From a virus (lineage: Duplodnaviria; Caudoviricetes), in the IMG/VR virus record IMGVR_UViG_3300032038_000007, positions 1-64,000 of that record: DNA of 64,000 nucleotides; one strand, given 5' to 3'. Below the pieces are notes generated by a model. It was not told the origin of the DNA and did not search any database. It saw only the letters and a program-made list of their open reading frames with translations. This document shows, piece after piece, positions 57,370 to 64,000 of the stretch. Numbering within the stretch: the first letter of the stretch is position 1; the number at the start of each line of letters is the position of its first letter. The translations under genes were made by a program, and so were the position numbers.

Positions 57370-57732
57370 ATGCTTCACGAATACAGCATGAAATCCCAGA
57401 AGCGCCGCAAGCATCAGAGGTGGCTCAATAGGCTTTGCCGCAGAGTAAACCGAGTAATTGAAAATGATAGTCTGTGGCAGGGACGTTTCGTGGTTGGACA
57501 GGTCTCAACACAGATGGAATGGTTTGAAGATGGCGGCGGTCTGATGTATTGCAAGCTTGTCTTTGTCGATAAAAAGACTGGTCGCCGCAGTTACTGGGAC
57601 ACGAGTTGCCTTGATGCTGAATTTCATATGTGGGAACGTATGAACGACTTTATTGTAAAAGATTGCGCCGTTTGGGAGAATGAGCATCCTCTTCAGGAAA
57701 GGAAGGATTATAGAAATGTTAGTGCATTTTAA
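57370..57732 (+). CDS. Hypothetical protein
   Basis: Promoter near 57315; SD. Confidence 0.75.
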   Translation: MLHEYSMKSQKRRKHQRWLNRLCRRVNRVIENDSLWQGRFVVGQVSTQMEWFEDGGGLMYCKLVFVDKKTGRRSYWDTSCLDAEFHMWERMNDFIVKDCAVWENEHPLQERKDYRNVSAF

Positions 57733-57925
57733 GGTAGATTTTTTTGACACTATTGACAATAAGATGGCCAAGGATAGTGGTATTCTTGCTGGCGCGGATT
57801 GGAACGAAGTTATGGACATGATTGAAACTTACTATGGTAAGGATGATGTGTCTGGTGTGTACGTCTGCCCGCTCGAGGATGTTCTTACTGCCGATGACAT
57901 TCGTGAAATGTTTAAGGAAGATTAA
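57716..57925 (+). CDS. Acidic hypothetical protein
   Basis: AAGGA SD; overlaps upstream gene. Confidence 0.7.
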   Translation: MLVHFKVDFFDTIDNKMAKDSGILAGADWNEVMDMIETYYGKDDVSGVYVCPLEDVLTADDIREMFKED

Positions 57926-57989
57926 AATTTGACTTTTAATAAAAAACCAGCTATAATATATACAGAACGAAAGGAAAGGAGCTAATAGG

Positions 57990-58232
57990 ATGGATGAGTT
58001 AGAATATATGACACCCGATGTGATTGCTTCTTGCTGCCCGCTTGAAAAACGTTCTGCCATCTATGATTGCTGGGAAGATTCAGATGGGGTGTGGGTAATG
58101 CTTGAGGAGGATTGGTTTACTGCCGATGGCACCCACACCATTTCTCTTGATGGCGCCGACCAAGGTTGTTCTATCGTGACGCGTATTGGGATGCTTAATC
58201 AAGAATTTGCCGCAATGACGAAAGGAAAGTAA
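57990..58232 (+). CDS. Hypothetical protein
   Basis: Promoter near 57929; AAGGAG SD. Confidence 0.7.
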   Translation: MDELEYMTPDVIASCCPLEKRSAIYDCWEDSDGVWVMLEEDWFTADGTHTISLDGADQGCSIVTRIGMLNQEFAAMTKGK

Positions 58233-58233
58233 T

Positions 58234-58527
58234 ATGAAGATTGAAATTATGAACCATCTTGACCAGTTTGTCGAATATGAGGTTGGCGATCTACGAGATA
58301 TTCGCTGTATTGAACTGCATATCAATGGCGGCGACGAAGTACTTTATGTGTATTATCACTCTGGTGAAACTGCGAGTTTCGATAGCGGCAACCCGGCTGA
58401 TATGGAAAGTTGCTATGAGGGCGAATATATTATTTATAAGCCCGCGGTTGGAATCAATCTGCTGAATGATACAAAGTGGCTGTCTCGTGTAGACCCCTAT
58501 GATTATCTGTATGAAGAGGTGGAATAA
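58234..58527 (+). CDS. Acidic hypothetical protein
   Basis: Coupled to upstream stop. Confidence 0.7.
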   Translation: MKIEIMNHLDQFVEYEVGDLRDIRCIELHINGGDEVLYVYYHSGETASFDSGNPADMESCYEGEYIIYKPAVGINLLNDTKWLSRVDPYDYLYEEVE

Positions 58528-58528
58528 A

Positions 58529-58705
58529 ATGATGAAGCGTTCGTTTGGTTTTTGTCTACTGTCTATTTGCTGGCTAGGTCTGGGTATTGCTAGTATTATG
58601 GGTATGCCCGCTAATTATCAGGTGTTGTTTGCGGTAGCTAGTCTTGCACTAACAGTTGGATGCGGCGTTCGTGCGGCTGAACTTTGGCATTCTGCCAATA
58701 AGTGA
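58529..58705 (+). CDS. Small two-TM protein
   Basis: GAGGTGG SD; hydrophobic. Confidence 0.65.
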   Translation: MMKRSFGFCLLSICWLGLGIASIMGMPANYQVLFAVASLALTVGCGVRAAELWHSANK

Positions 58706-58717
58706 AAGGAGAATAAG

Positions 58718-58921
58718 ATGCCTACTTCTAATGAATCGGTAAAAAATACTTTTAATTTTGAGTTTTATCCTGACTCTGAGCACGAACATTGTGTGCGGCT
58801 AAGTTTTGATATGGAACCAGACCTACATATCTCTGAAGTTCATCGTATGTGCCGAGCTTTTGCGGTTGCACTTGGCTATTCAATTAAATCGGTGGATGAA
58901 TATTTTGGCGAGGAAAAATAA
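58718..58921 (+). CDS. Hypothetical protein
   Basis: AAGGAG SD. Confidence 0.7.
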   Translation: MPTSNESVKNTFNFEFYPDSEHEHCVRLSFDMEPDLHISEVHRMCRAFAVALGYSIKSVDEYFGEEK

Positions 58922-59245
58922 ATGTTTGAAGGAAAAGAAAACCAAATTACAGCTGAACACCTGAAAAACGGTGAGGTCTGTAAAATTATTGGATATGGCT
59001 AGTCAATGACGCCTATCCTTAAATCAAGACAGCCTGTAATTGCCGCGCCAATAACGCCAGACACAATGTTAGAAAAAAATGACATTGTCTTCTGCAAGGT
59101 TAATGGGCATTATTATTTGCATAAAATTTCCGCGATAAAGAAGGATTCATATCAAATCTCAAATAATCACGGGCACGTAAATGGAACTATCTCTCGCAAC
59201 CAAATTTTTGGTAAAGTGATAGAAATCCTACAAGAAAAAATTTGA
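58922..59245 (+). CDS. S24/S26 peptidase-like protein (1 TAG=Gln)
   Basis: G-(TAG)-SMTP motif and DIVFCKV..LHKI; GAGG SD before ATG 58922. Confidence 0.75.
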
Positions 59246-59299
59246 CTTTAATTAAAATTTCTAGTATAATATACTTACAAACGGTGAAGAGCCGTGCTT

Positions 59300-59370
59300 G
59301 CGCGATTAGTGTAATGGTAACACTAGACCCTTCCAAGGTTTCATTGACGGTTCGAGTCCGTTATCGCGCT
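59300..59370 (+). tRNA. tRNA-Gly(UCC)
   Basis: AGACC-CTTCCAA-GGTTT. Confidence 0.9.
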
Positions 59371-59375
59371 CTTAT

Positions 59376-59446
59376 GGGGATTTCGCTAATCGGAATAGCT
59401 CGCGGCTGTTAACCGCGCCAGAAAGGTTCAACTCCTTTAATCCCCG
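59376..59446 (+). tRNA. tRNA-Asn(GUU)
   Basis: CGCGG-CTGTTAA-CCGCG; somewhat atypical D-arm. Confidence 0.85.
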
Positions 59447-59450
59447 CTAT

Positions 59451-59527
59451 GGCGTATTAGCTCAGAAGAGTAGAGCACCAGCCTGTCACGCTGGGGGTCA
59501 CGAGTTCAAGTCTCGTATACGTCGCCA
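59451..59527 (+). tRNA. tRNA-Asp(GUC)
   Basis: CCAGC-CTGTCAC-GCTGG; encoded CCA. Confidence 0.93.
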
Positions 59528-59732
59528 CTATCCAAGACAGTGAGGATGTAAAACTACGCTGCGGCTTCTCGCCCGAAGACAGTGGAAGGGCGTGCGCTAC
59601 ACTTCGGAAATGGGAAGTGGGGATAAGTAAAGACCAGACCTGATGCTTTATGGCGGCTGCCACGTAGGATATTGGATGCCTACATTAAGTGGAATAAGGT
59701 AAGTCCGTTCATGGGGCTATATGGAACAATGA

Positions 59733-59807
59733 TGCGGTGAGGACAAACGGTAAGTCATCTGGCTCATACCCAGAGAATAGTGGGTTCAACTCCCGCCGCC
59801 GCAACCA
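59733..59807 (+). tRNA. tRNA-Met(CAU), initiator-like
   Basis: TCTGG-CTCATAC-CCAGA; 3' end CGCCGCAACCA. Confidence 0.88.
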
Positions 59808-60156
59808 ATCGCGCAAACTGTATGGTTTCGAGTGCATATACCAGATTGCTCGGCGCGTTATAAAAGAAGAGCAAAGTAAGCACACGGGATGGAAGGAAAC
59901 GAGTCACGTCCTTACCGGCCCTGAGTAGTTACAACGAAACGGGCGGGAGAAGCAGAAATAGTAACTGCACCCACATTACTTGGATTGTGGCTGAGCGCTA
60001 TATAGCTCGCCTAGTATGGGATGGAGGTTGGGGATGTTCCCCACCTCGGAACATAAAAGTAATGCTGTTCCAGTATGCAGTATTACTTAAAGTTCATAAG
60101 GGTTGCGTGTGAACCTCAAACTGGATAGGCCAAAAGCCGAAAGAAAACACGCATAT

Positions 60157-60232
60157 GGGAGCATAGCTCAGTTGGGAGAGCACTTGCCTTACAAGCAAGG
60201 GGTCATAGGTTCGAGCCCTGTTGTTCCCACCA
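60157..60232 (+). tRNA. tRNA-Val(UAC)
   Basis: CTTGC-CTTACAA-GCAAG; encoded CCA. Confidence 0.95.
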
Positions 60233-60533
60233 TTCAACCGCATAAAGCCTGAATTGACAGGATATGACCGGCTGGTTGAGGTCCAGCGGCGGGAGGTTCC
60301 TCGCGTCTCGTGAGCGACGACGGCAGCGGTGAGGTTAGTCTGTACCGACAAGCGTTGTAAAAACAGACAAGTGTGCGGAAAAGATGGATTCTCACTAAAC
60401 TACCACCGGCGCGAAAGCCGCAGCAGAGATAACTCTGCAATATGAGTATTCTTAGGCGGCTCAGTAGCGATATGTGGCTTTGTCATTTAGCAGCACACTA
60501 TAATAAAAAGACAACGAAAGTAAGTGAAAATAC

Positions 60534-60880
60534 GCGGGTATGGTGGAATAGGCAGACACCACAGACTTTTGTAAAACAAAGAGCACTAGAATAGGAAACT
60601 TTCTGAGTGAATGCTGGCTAATTCGGTGAAAGTCCTTATGGGATAACGCCGAGCTAAATAATTGGTTTGCTAGACAGATAAATGTAAGCAATTAAATGAG
60701 TGTACAAGAGTCTCCTCAGCCAATTTAAATGTGTAGAGACTATATACCAGCCACCTAAGTCGTAAGATAAGGTGAAGACATAGTCCAGACTACAACGCGA
60801 AAGCGGCCATAGTAATATGGAGTAGTAAGAAAATCTGTTGCTCTCTGAGCGTGCCGGTTCAAGTCCGGCTACCCGCACCA
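60534..60880 (+). tRNA. tRNA-Leu(UAA) interrupted by a group I intron (exons 60534-60568 and 60830-60880)
   Basis: Spliced anticodon arm ACAGA-CTT|AAAA-TCTGT; long variable arm; ACCA end. Confidence 0.9.
60569..60829 (+). ncRNA. Group I self-splicing intron, 261 nt, no ORF
   Basis: P1 CUU/GAG with U-G at the 5' splice site; P3 GCTGG/CCAGC; P4 TTCGGTG/CGCCGAG; P7 elements GTAGAGACTA...GAAGACATAGTCC; terminal omega-G at 60829. Confidence 0.9.
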
Positions 60881-61158
60881 TTTAAAGTAATAGGAGTCTT
60901 GAGACGGCTATTAGACTTAATACTCGGTCGTACTACGCGCGCTAGTAAAAACAAATCCTATTGCCATCACGCATCTGCAAATGCGTGTGAGTCTGTTGCA
61001 GCGGACAAAAGCGAAGCGACGAATGAACTGGTACTCTCCCAGTCCCAAGGGAATATGTCGCCGGACACCTCGCCCGTTGAGGAGGGAAATGTGAGGAACG
61101 TCACTAAACTCACTACCAGAACGTAAGGGCATACGGAATGGTAAATGTGACTTTATAA

Positions 61159-61235
61159 GCCTCTCTATCCCAATTGGCAGAGGAGATTGACTCAAAATCA
61201 ATACAGTCTCGGTTCAAATCCGAGGAGAGGTACCA
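61159..61235 (+). tRNA. tRNA-Leu(CAA) with short variable loop
   Basis: ATTGA-CTCAAAA-TCAAT; 5-nt variable loop; ACCA end. Confidence 0.85.
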
Positions 61236-61311
61236 ATGGCATTTAGAACAAAAGAGGTTAGCCGTGCACAAAACCCATATGTCGTAGCGCTGACGTTAAG
61301 GCGCACCATAT

Positions 61312-61399
61312 GCAGATGTGGCTGAGTGGTCGAAAGCAGCGGTTTGCTAAACCGTCGTACTTAATAGTACCGAAGGTTCAAATCCTTCCGTCTGCGCCA
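61312..61399 (+). tRNA. tRNA-Ser(GCU)
   Basis: GCGGT-TTGCTAA-ACCGT; long variable arm; GCCA end. Confidence 0.93.
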
Positions 61400-61446
61400 A
61401 CAACTCTTGCCGTGTATATAATCTATAAGAAAAGGTGAAAATAAAT

Positions 61447-61986
61447 ATGAATGAACCAAGACTAAAGATTCTTCCCCCGTGGACTATTCTAGTAAGAAAG
61501 CTAGAAGCGCTATTTGATGGCGACCCTCAGATTGCTTTTAATGTTGACTTTAGTGGTGAGCATCCTGCTGTTGTTCTTGCTTGTAACAATGGAGATAAGA
61601 TTGCGGCCCTAAGCCAGATTCTACCAGATGAAGTGAACTTTGGAAATGTAACACTAAAGATTCTGATTGATGGCGAACCAAGCAACCGTGCCTTTACTAG
61701 TAAGGTTGAACTATTTGATACTGCTTTTGCTAAGAATCCTGCTTATGCTTATTCTGTTTGCCCCGCAGAAGAGGGATACCAGTGGATTGGTACTACTTAT
61801 GTTGTCTTTAATAATTGCGTAGTGCAGTTCGCGGCTGATAATCTAAATGATTGCCACGGTGTTATTAGTACCCTATATGAGACCATTGCTGATGAGCTTC
61901 TAACTGGCCCCGCTACTGAGGGTGTATTCTTTAACACTAATGTTGAGCGCGCGAACCTTGGTCATCCTCTAGGCGAGTGGCCGTAA
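61447..61986 (+). CDS. Hypothetical protein
   Basis: AAGGTG SD; about 179-aa open frame with biased codon usage. Confidence 0.8.
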   Translation: MNEPRLKILPPWTILVRKLEALFDGDPQIAFNVDFSGEHPAVVLACNNGDKIAALSQILPDEVNFGNVTLKILIDGEPSNRAFTSKVELFDTAFAKNPAYAYSVCPAEEGYQWIGTTYVVFNNCVVQFAADNLNDCHGVISTLYETIADELLTGPATEGVFFNTNVERANLGHPLGEWP

Positions 61987-62051
61987 TAAATTTGACTTAT
62001 AACAAAAATTTTGTTATAATATAACTACAGAGCGGAAAACCGCTCTCTTGA

Positions 62052-62125
62052 TGTCTCGTAGCTCAATTGGTGAGAGCAATCGCCTTATAAGCGATAGGTT
62101 CTGGGTTCAAGTCCCAGCGGGACAA
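62052..62125 (+). tRNA. tRNA-Ile(UAU)
   Basis: ATCGC-CTTATAA-GCGAT; promoter near 61992. Confidence 0.9.
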
Positions 62126-62313
62126 CTGTGCCACGCACGCTTAGACTCACCCGTGTACGCGGACCAAGCGTGGACTTACAAAAACGGAAAATCGTCGCCG
62201 TTTACAAGGACGCGACGGTCGAAGTGATTATCGACTCGATACGACCTGACTTTCGTAGGGCCAAACGGGATGCCGAAAAGAAAGCCTAATCAGCGAGTAT
62301 TTTCGGCTATTGA

Positions 62314-62386
62314 TGGGGTATAGCCAAGTTGGCAAGGCAACGGACTTTGACTCCGTCATTCGCAGGTTCAAGTCCTGCTGCCCCAG
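62314..62386 (+). tRNA. tRNA-Gln(UUG)
   Basis: ACGGA-CTTTGAC-TCCGT; U1-A72, G73. Confidence 0.93.
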
Positions 62387-62395
62387 CATTTATAT

Positions 62396-62469
62396 GGTGG
62401 GTATAGCTCAATTGGTAGAGCGTCAGATTGTGGCTCTGAATGTCGTGGGTTCGACTCCCGCTACTCACC
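62396..62469 (+). tRNA. tRNA-His(GUG)
   Basis: TCAGA-TTGTGGC-TCTGA; G-1 and C73. Confidence 0.93.
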
Positions 62470-62472
62470 CAC

Positions 62473-62537
62473 GCCGGGTCTGGGAGAGCCGCGGTTTTAT
62501 AAACCGCAGGTTGTCGGTTCAAATCTGACACCCGGTT
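62473..62537 (+). ncRNA. D-armless tRNA-like RNA with UAU anticodon
   Basis: Acceptor GCCGGGT/ACCCGGT; GCGGT-TTTATAA-ACCGC; T-arm GTCGG-TTCAAAT-CTGAC; 11-nt loop in place of the D-arm. Confidence 0.7.
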
Positions 62538-62552
62538 CTTAATAAAGGAGGA

Positions 62553-62699
62553 ATGACTATGTATCCTGAAAATACTCCCCGTTATGACAATTACGAATAT
62601 TATGATGATGAAGGACGCCCTGTTCACATTAAATACACTCCTCGCTATGATGACTACGACCGCGATGAGCGAGATGACGAGGATGATGACAACGATTAA
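62553..62699 (+). CDS. Small, very acidic protein
   Basis: AAGGAGG SD; internal TPRYD repeat. Confidence 0.6.
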   Translation: MTMYPENTPRYDNYEYYDDEGRPVHIKYTPRYDDYDRDERDDEDDDND

Positions 62700-62758
62700 A
62701 AACTTGACTTAAATTAAAAAATCATTTATAATTATAAATGAAAGAGAGGGAAAAGAAA

Positions 62759-63037
62759 ATGGATTGGATGCACGGTATTGAGATTAGTGATTGGCAGCGT
62801 TTCATTGCTCTGCGCAAGGCGTTTTCTCTGACACACAAGGACATCACTCCTTGTAGTGGCGATATGCTCATTGACCTATACATCCCGCACGACGATTCTG
62901 AAGCCCCTAGTTGGGGTATTCGTGCCTGTATGGATGACAGTATCACTGATTTCCGTGTTTATGGTAAAACGTTTCACGAAGCACTGCGTAAAGCGGAGGA
63001 AGGCATTTATGAGTGGATTGCTGAACATCAAGAATAA
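62759..63037 (+). CDS. Hypothetical protein
   Basis: Promoter near 62704; GAGGG SD. Confidence 0.7.
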   Translation: MDWMHGIEISDWQRFIALRKAFSLTHKDITPCSGDMLIDLYIPHDDSEAPSWGIRACMDDSITDFRVYGKTFHEALRKAEEGIYEWIAEHQE

Positions 63038-63215
63038 GTTGGCGCCCTGCTTTCGTTGCGGCGAACCCTATCCAGAAATTTTCAAAATTGGTCATCGTTG
63101 GCAAATTCGTTGTCTTTGTTGCGGCACACGTACTGTAGAGTCGTTATTTCTACGACGGGCGGCCGCAATCTGGAATCGTAATACTGATTTAAGCGGTAAT
63201 GAAATGATTATGTAA
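63009..63215 (+). CDS. Lar-like zinc-ribbon protein
   Basis: LAPCFRCG...CLCCG...AAAIWNR pattern; GGAGG SD. Confidence 0.6.
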   Translation: MSGLLNIKNKLAPCFRCGEPYPEIFKIGHRWQIRCLCCGTRTVESLFLRRAAAIWNRNTDLSGNEMIM

Positions 63216-63288
63216 CTGGGTGTAGCGCAGTTGGTAGCGCGGGTGCCTTGGGAGCATCAGGTCGTGCGTTCAAGTCGCACCACTCAGA
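63216..63288 (+). tRNA. tRNA-Pro(UGG)
   Basis: GGTGC-CTTGGGA-GCATC. Confidence 0.92.
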
Positions 63289-63298
63289 CGAAAGGAGA

Positions 63299-64000
63299 AT
63301 GAAAATGGACAATACCTTCACTAGTGCGGCTCGTCGTACCGCAACTTATACTACAACTGAAAATGGTCATCTTGCGGCTAGCACCACTGGTGAAGCGATT
63401 CTTGACCTATATGGCGTTGTTGGTGCTCTGCGTGATGCCGATGAGCAGCGTATTACATCGTTGTTTGAAGCCGCGGTTGCTGACAATAAGCTTCTAACGG
63501 CAAAAACTATGTTCTATGCGCGTGATATTCGCGGCGGAGTTGGCGAACGTGATTTGTTCCGTACTATGCTTCACTACGCCGCAATCCATCATCCCGAAAT
63601 GGTTAAGCCCAATCTTAAACTAATTCCTGAGTTTGGCCGCTGGGATGATATGTACGCGCTAGTTGGCACCACACTGGAAAAACCGGCGTTTAATATTATG
63701 TACGAGCAGTTTGTAACAGATTTTAAGGATATGCGTAATAATAAGCCTATTAGCCTGCTAGCAAAGTGGCTAAAAAGTGTAAACGCATCTTCTACTGAAA
63801 CTCGCTATCTTGGCCGCCGGACAGCACTGCTTTTTGGACTTACTGAGCCTCTTTATCGTAAGAAGCTAAGTGAAATGCGCGCTTACCTCAAAGTGCTAGA
63901 AACACAGATGTCTAGCAATCAGTGGTCTAACGTTGAGTATGATAAGGTGCCTAGTCGCGCTGGTCTTATGTACAGAGAAGCTTTCCTGCGTCACGATGAG
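63299..64000 (+). CDS. DUF2828-family (TROVE/Ro60-like) protein, truncated by window end
   Basis: TENG..ST..LDLY, FYARDIRGGVGER, IPEFGRWDD, LLAKWL, YDKVPS motifs; AAGGAG SD. Confidence 0.82.
   Translation, partial: MKMDNTFTSAARRTATYTTTENGHLAASTTGEAILDLYGVVGALRDADEQRITSLFEAAVADNKLLTAKTMFYARDIRGGVGERDLFRTMLHYAAIHHPEMVKPNLKLIPEFGRWDDMYALVGTTLEKPAFNIMYEQFVTDFKDMRNNKPISLLAKWLKSVNASSTETRYLGRRTALLFGLTEPLYRKKLSEMRAYLKVLETQMSSNQWSNVEYDKVPSRAGLMYREAFLRHDE

Noticed and set aside
59876-59916. Possible second hammerhead (GTAAG...GAAACG-AGTCA-CGTC-CTTAC)
   Set aside because: Stems I and III could form, but the CUGANGA core is missing.
59560-60320. HDV-like/theta ribozyme candidates (TTCTCGC near 59566, TTCCTCGC near 60297)
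   Set aside because: I could not build the P1/P2 nested pseudoknot or place a cleavage site at a tRNA 3' end.
61159-61235. Opal (UCA) suppressor reading of the CTCAAAA loop
   Set aside because: The standard 7-nt loop register gives anticodon CAA, and TGA is used as a real stop throughout the window.
59457-62627. Short ORFs overlapping tRNAs and the intron (e.g. 59457-59663, 60094-60351, 60654-60881, 62307-62627)
   Set aside because: They overlap clear RNA genes, mostly antisense, and lack SD sequences.

Overview
This is a 64 kb stretch of a large tailed-phage genome, probably infecting a Bacillota/Clostridia host (near-consensus TTGACA-N16/17-TATAAT promoters, strong SD sequences). The phage uses an alternative genetic code in which TAG reads as Gln (table 15). 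The many short ORFs in the supplied track between about 17.6 and 56 kb are fragments of about 18 long genes joined by in-frame TAGs. Layout: (1) 1-8.3 kb is an early array of small TAG-free transcription units, each bounded by a 19-bp palindrome TTAGATGTTnAACATCTAA; it also holds two tRNAs and a hammerhead ribozyme. (2) 8.3-10.9 kb is repeat-rich non-coding DNA flanking an SF2 helicase-like gene with about 19 TAGs that is missing from the ORF track. (3) 10.9-17.6 kb holds small early/middle genes and an iteron-type origin candidate. (4) 17.6-56 kb holds a TAG-recoded endolysin and tail/baseplate/receptor-binding genes, including a 3143-aa protein. (5) 56-64 kb is a tRNA cluster. It includes an amber (CUA) suppressor built on a tRNA-Trp-like body with a long variable arm, a tRNA-Leu(UAA) split by a group I intron, a tRNA-Ile(UAU), a D-armless tRNA-like RNA, structured spacers and a truncated DUF2828 (TROVE/Ro-like) gene. 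All protein family calls come from motif recognition by eye; no database searches were run.
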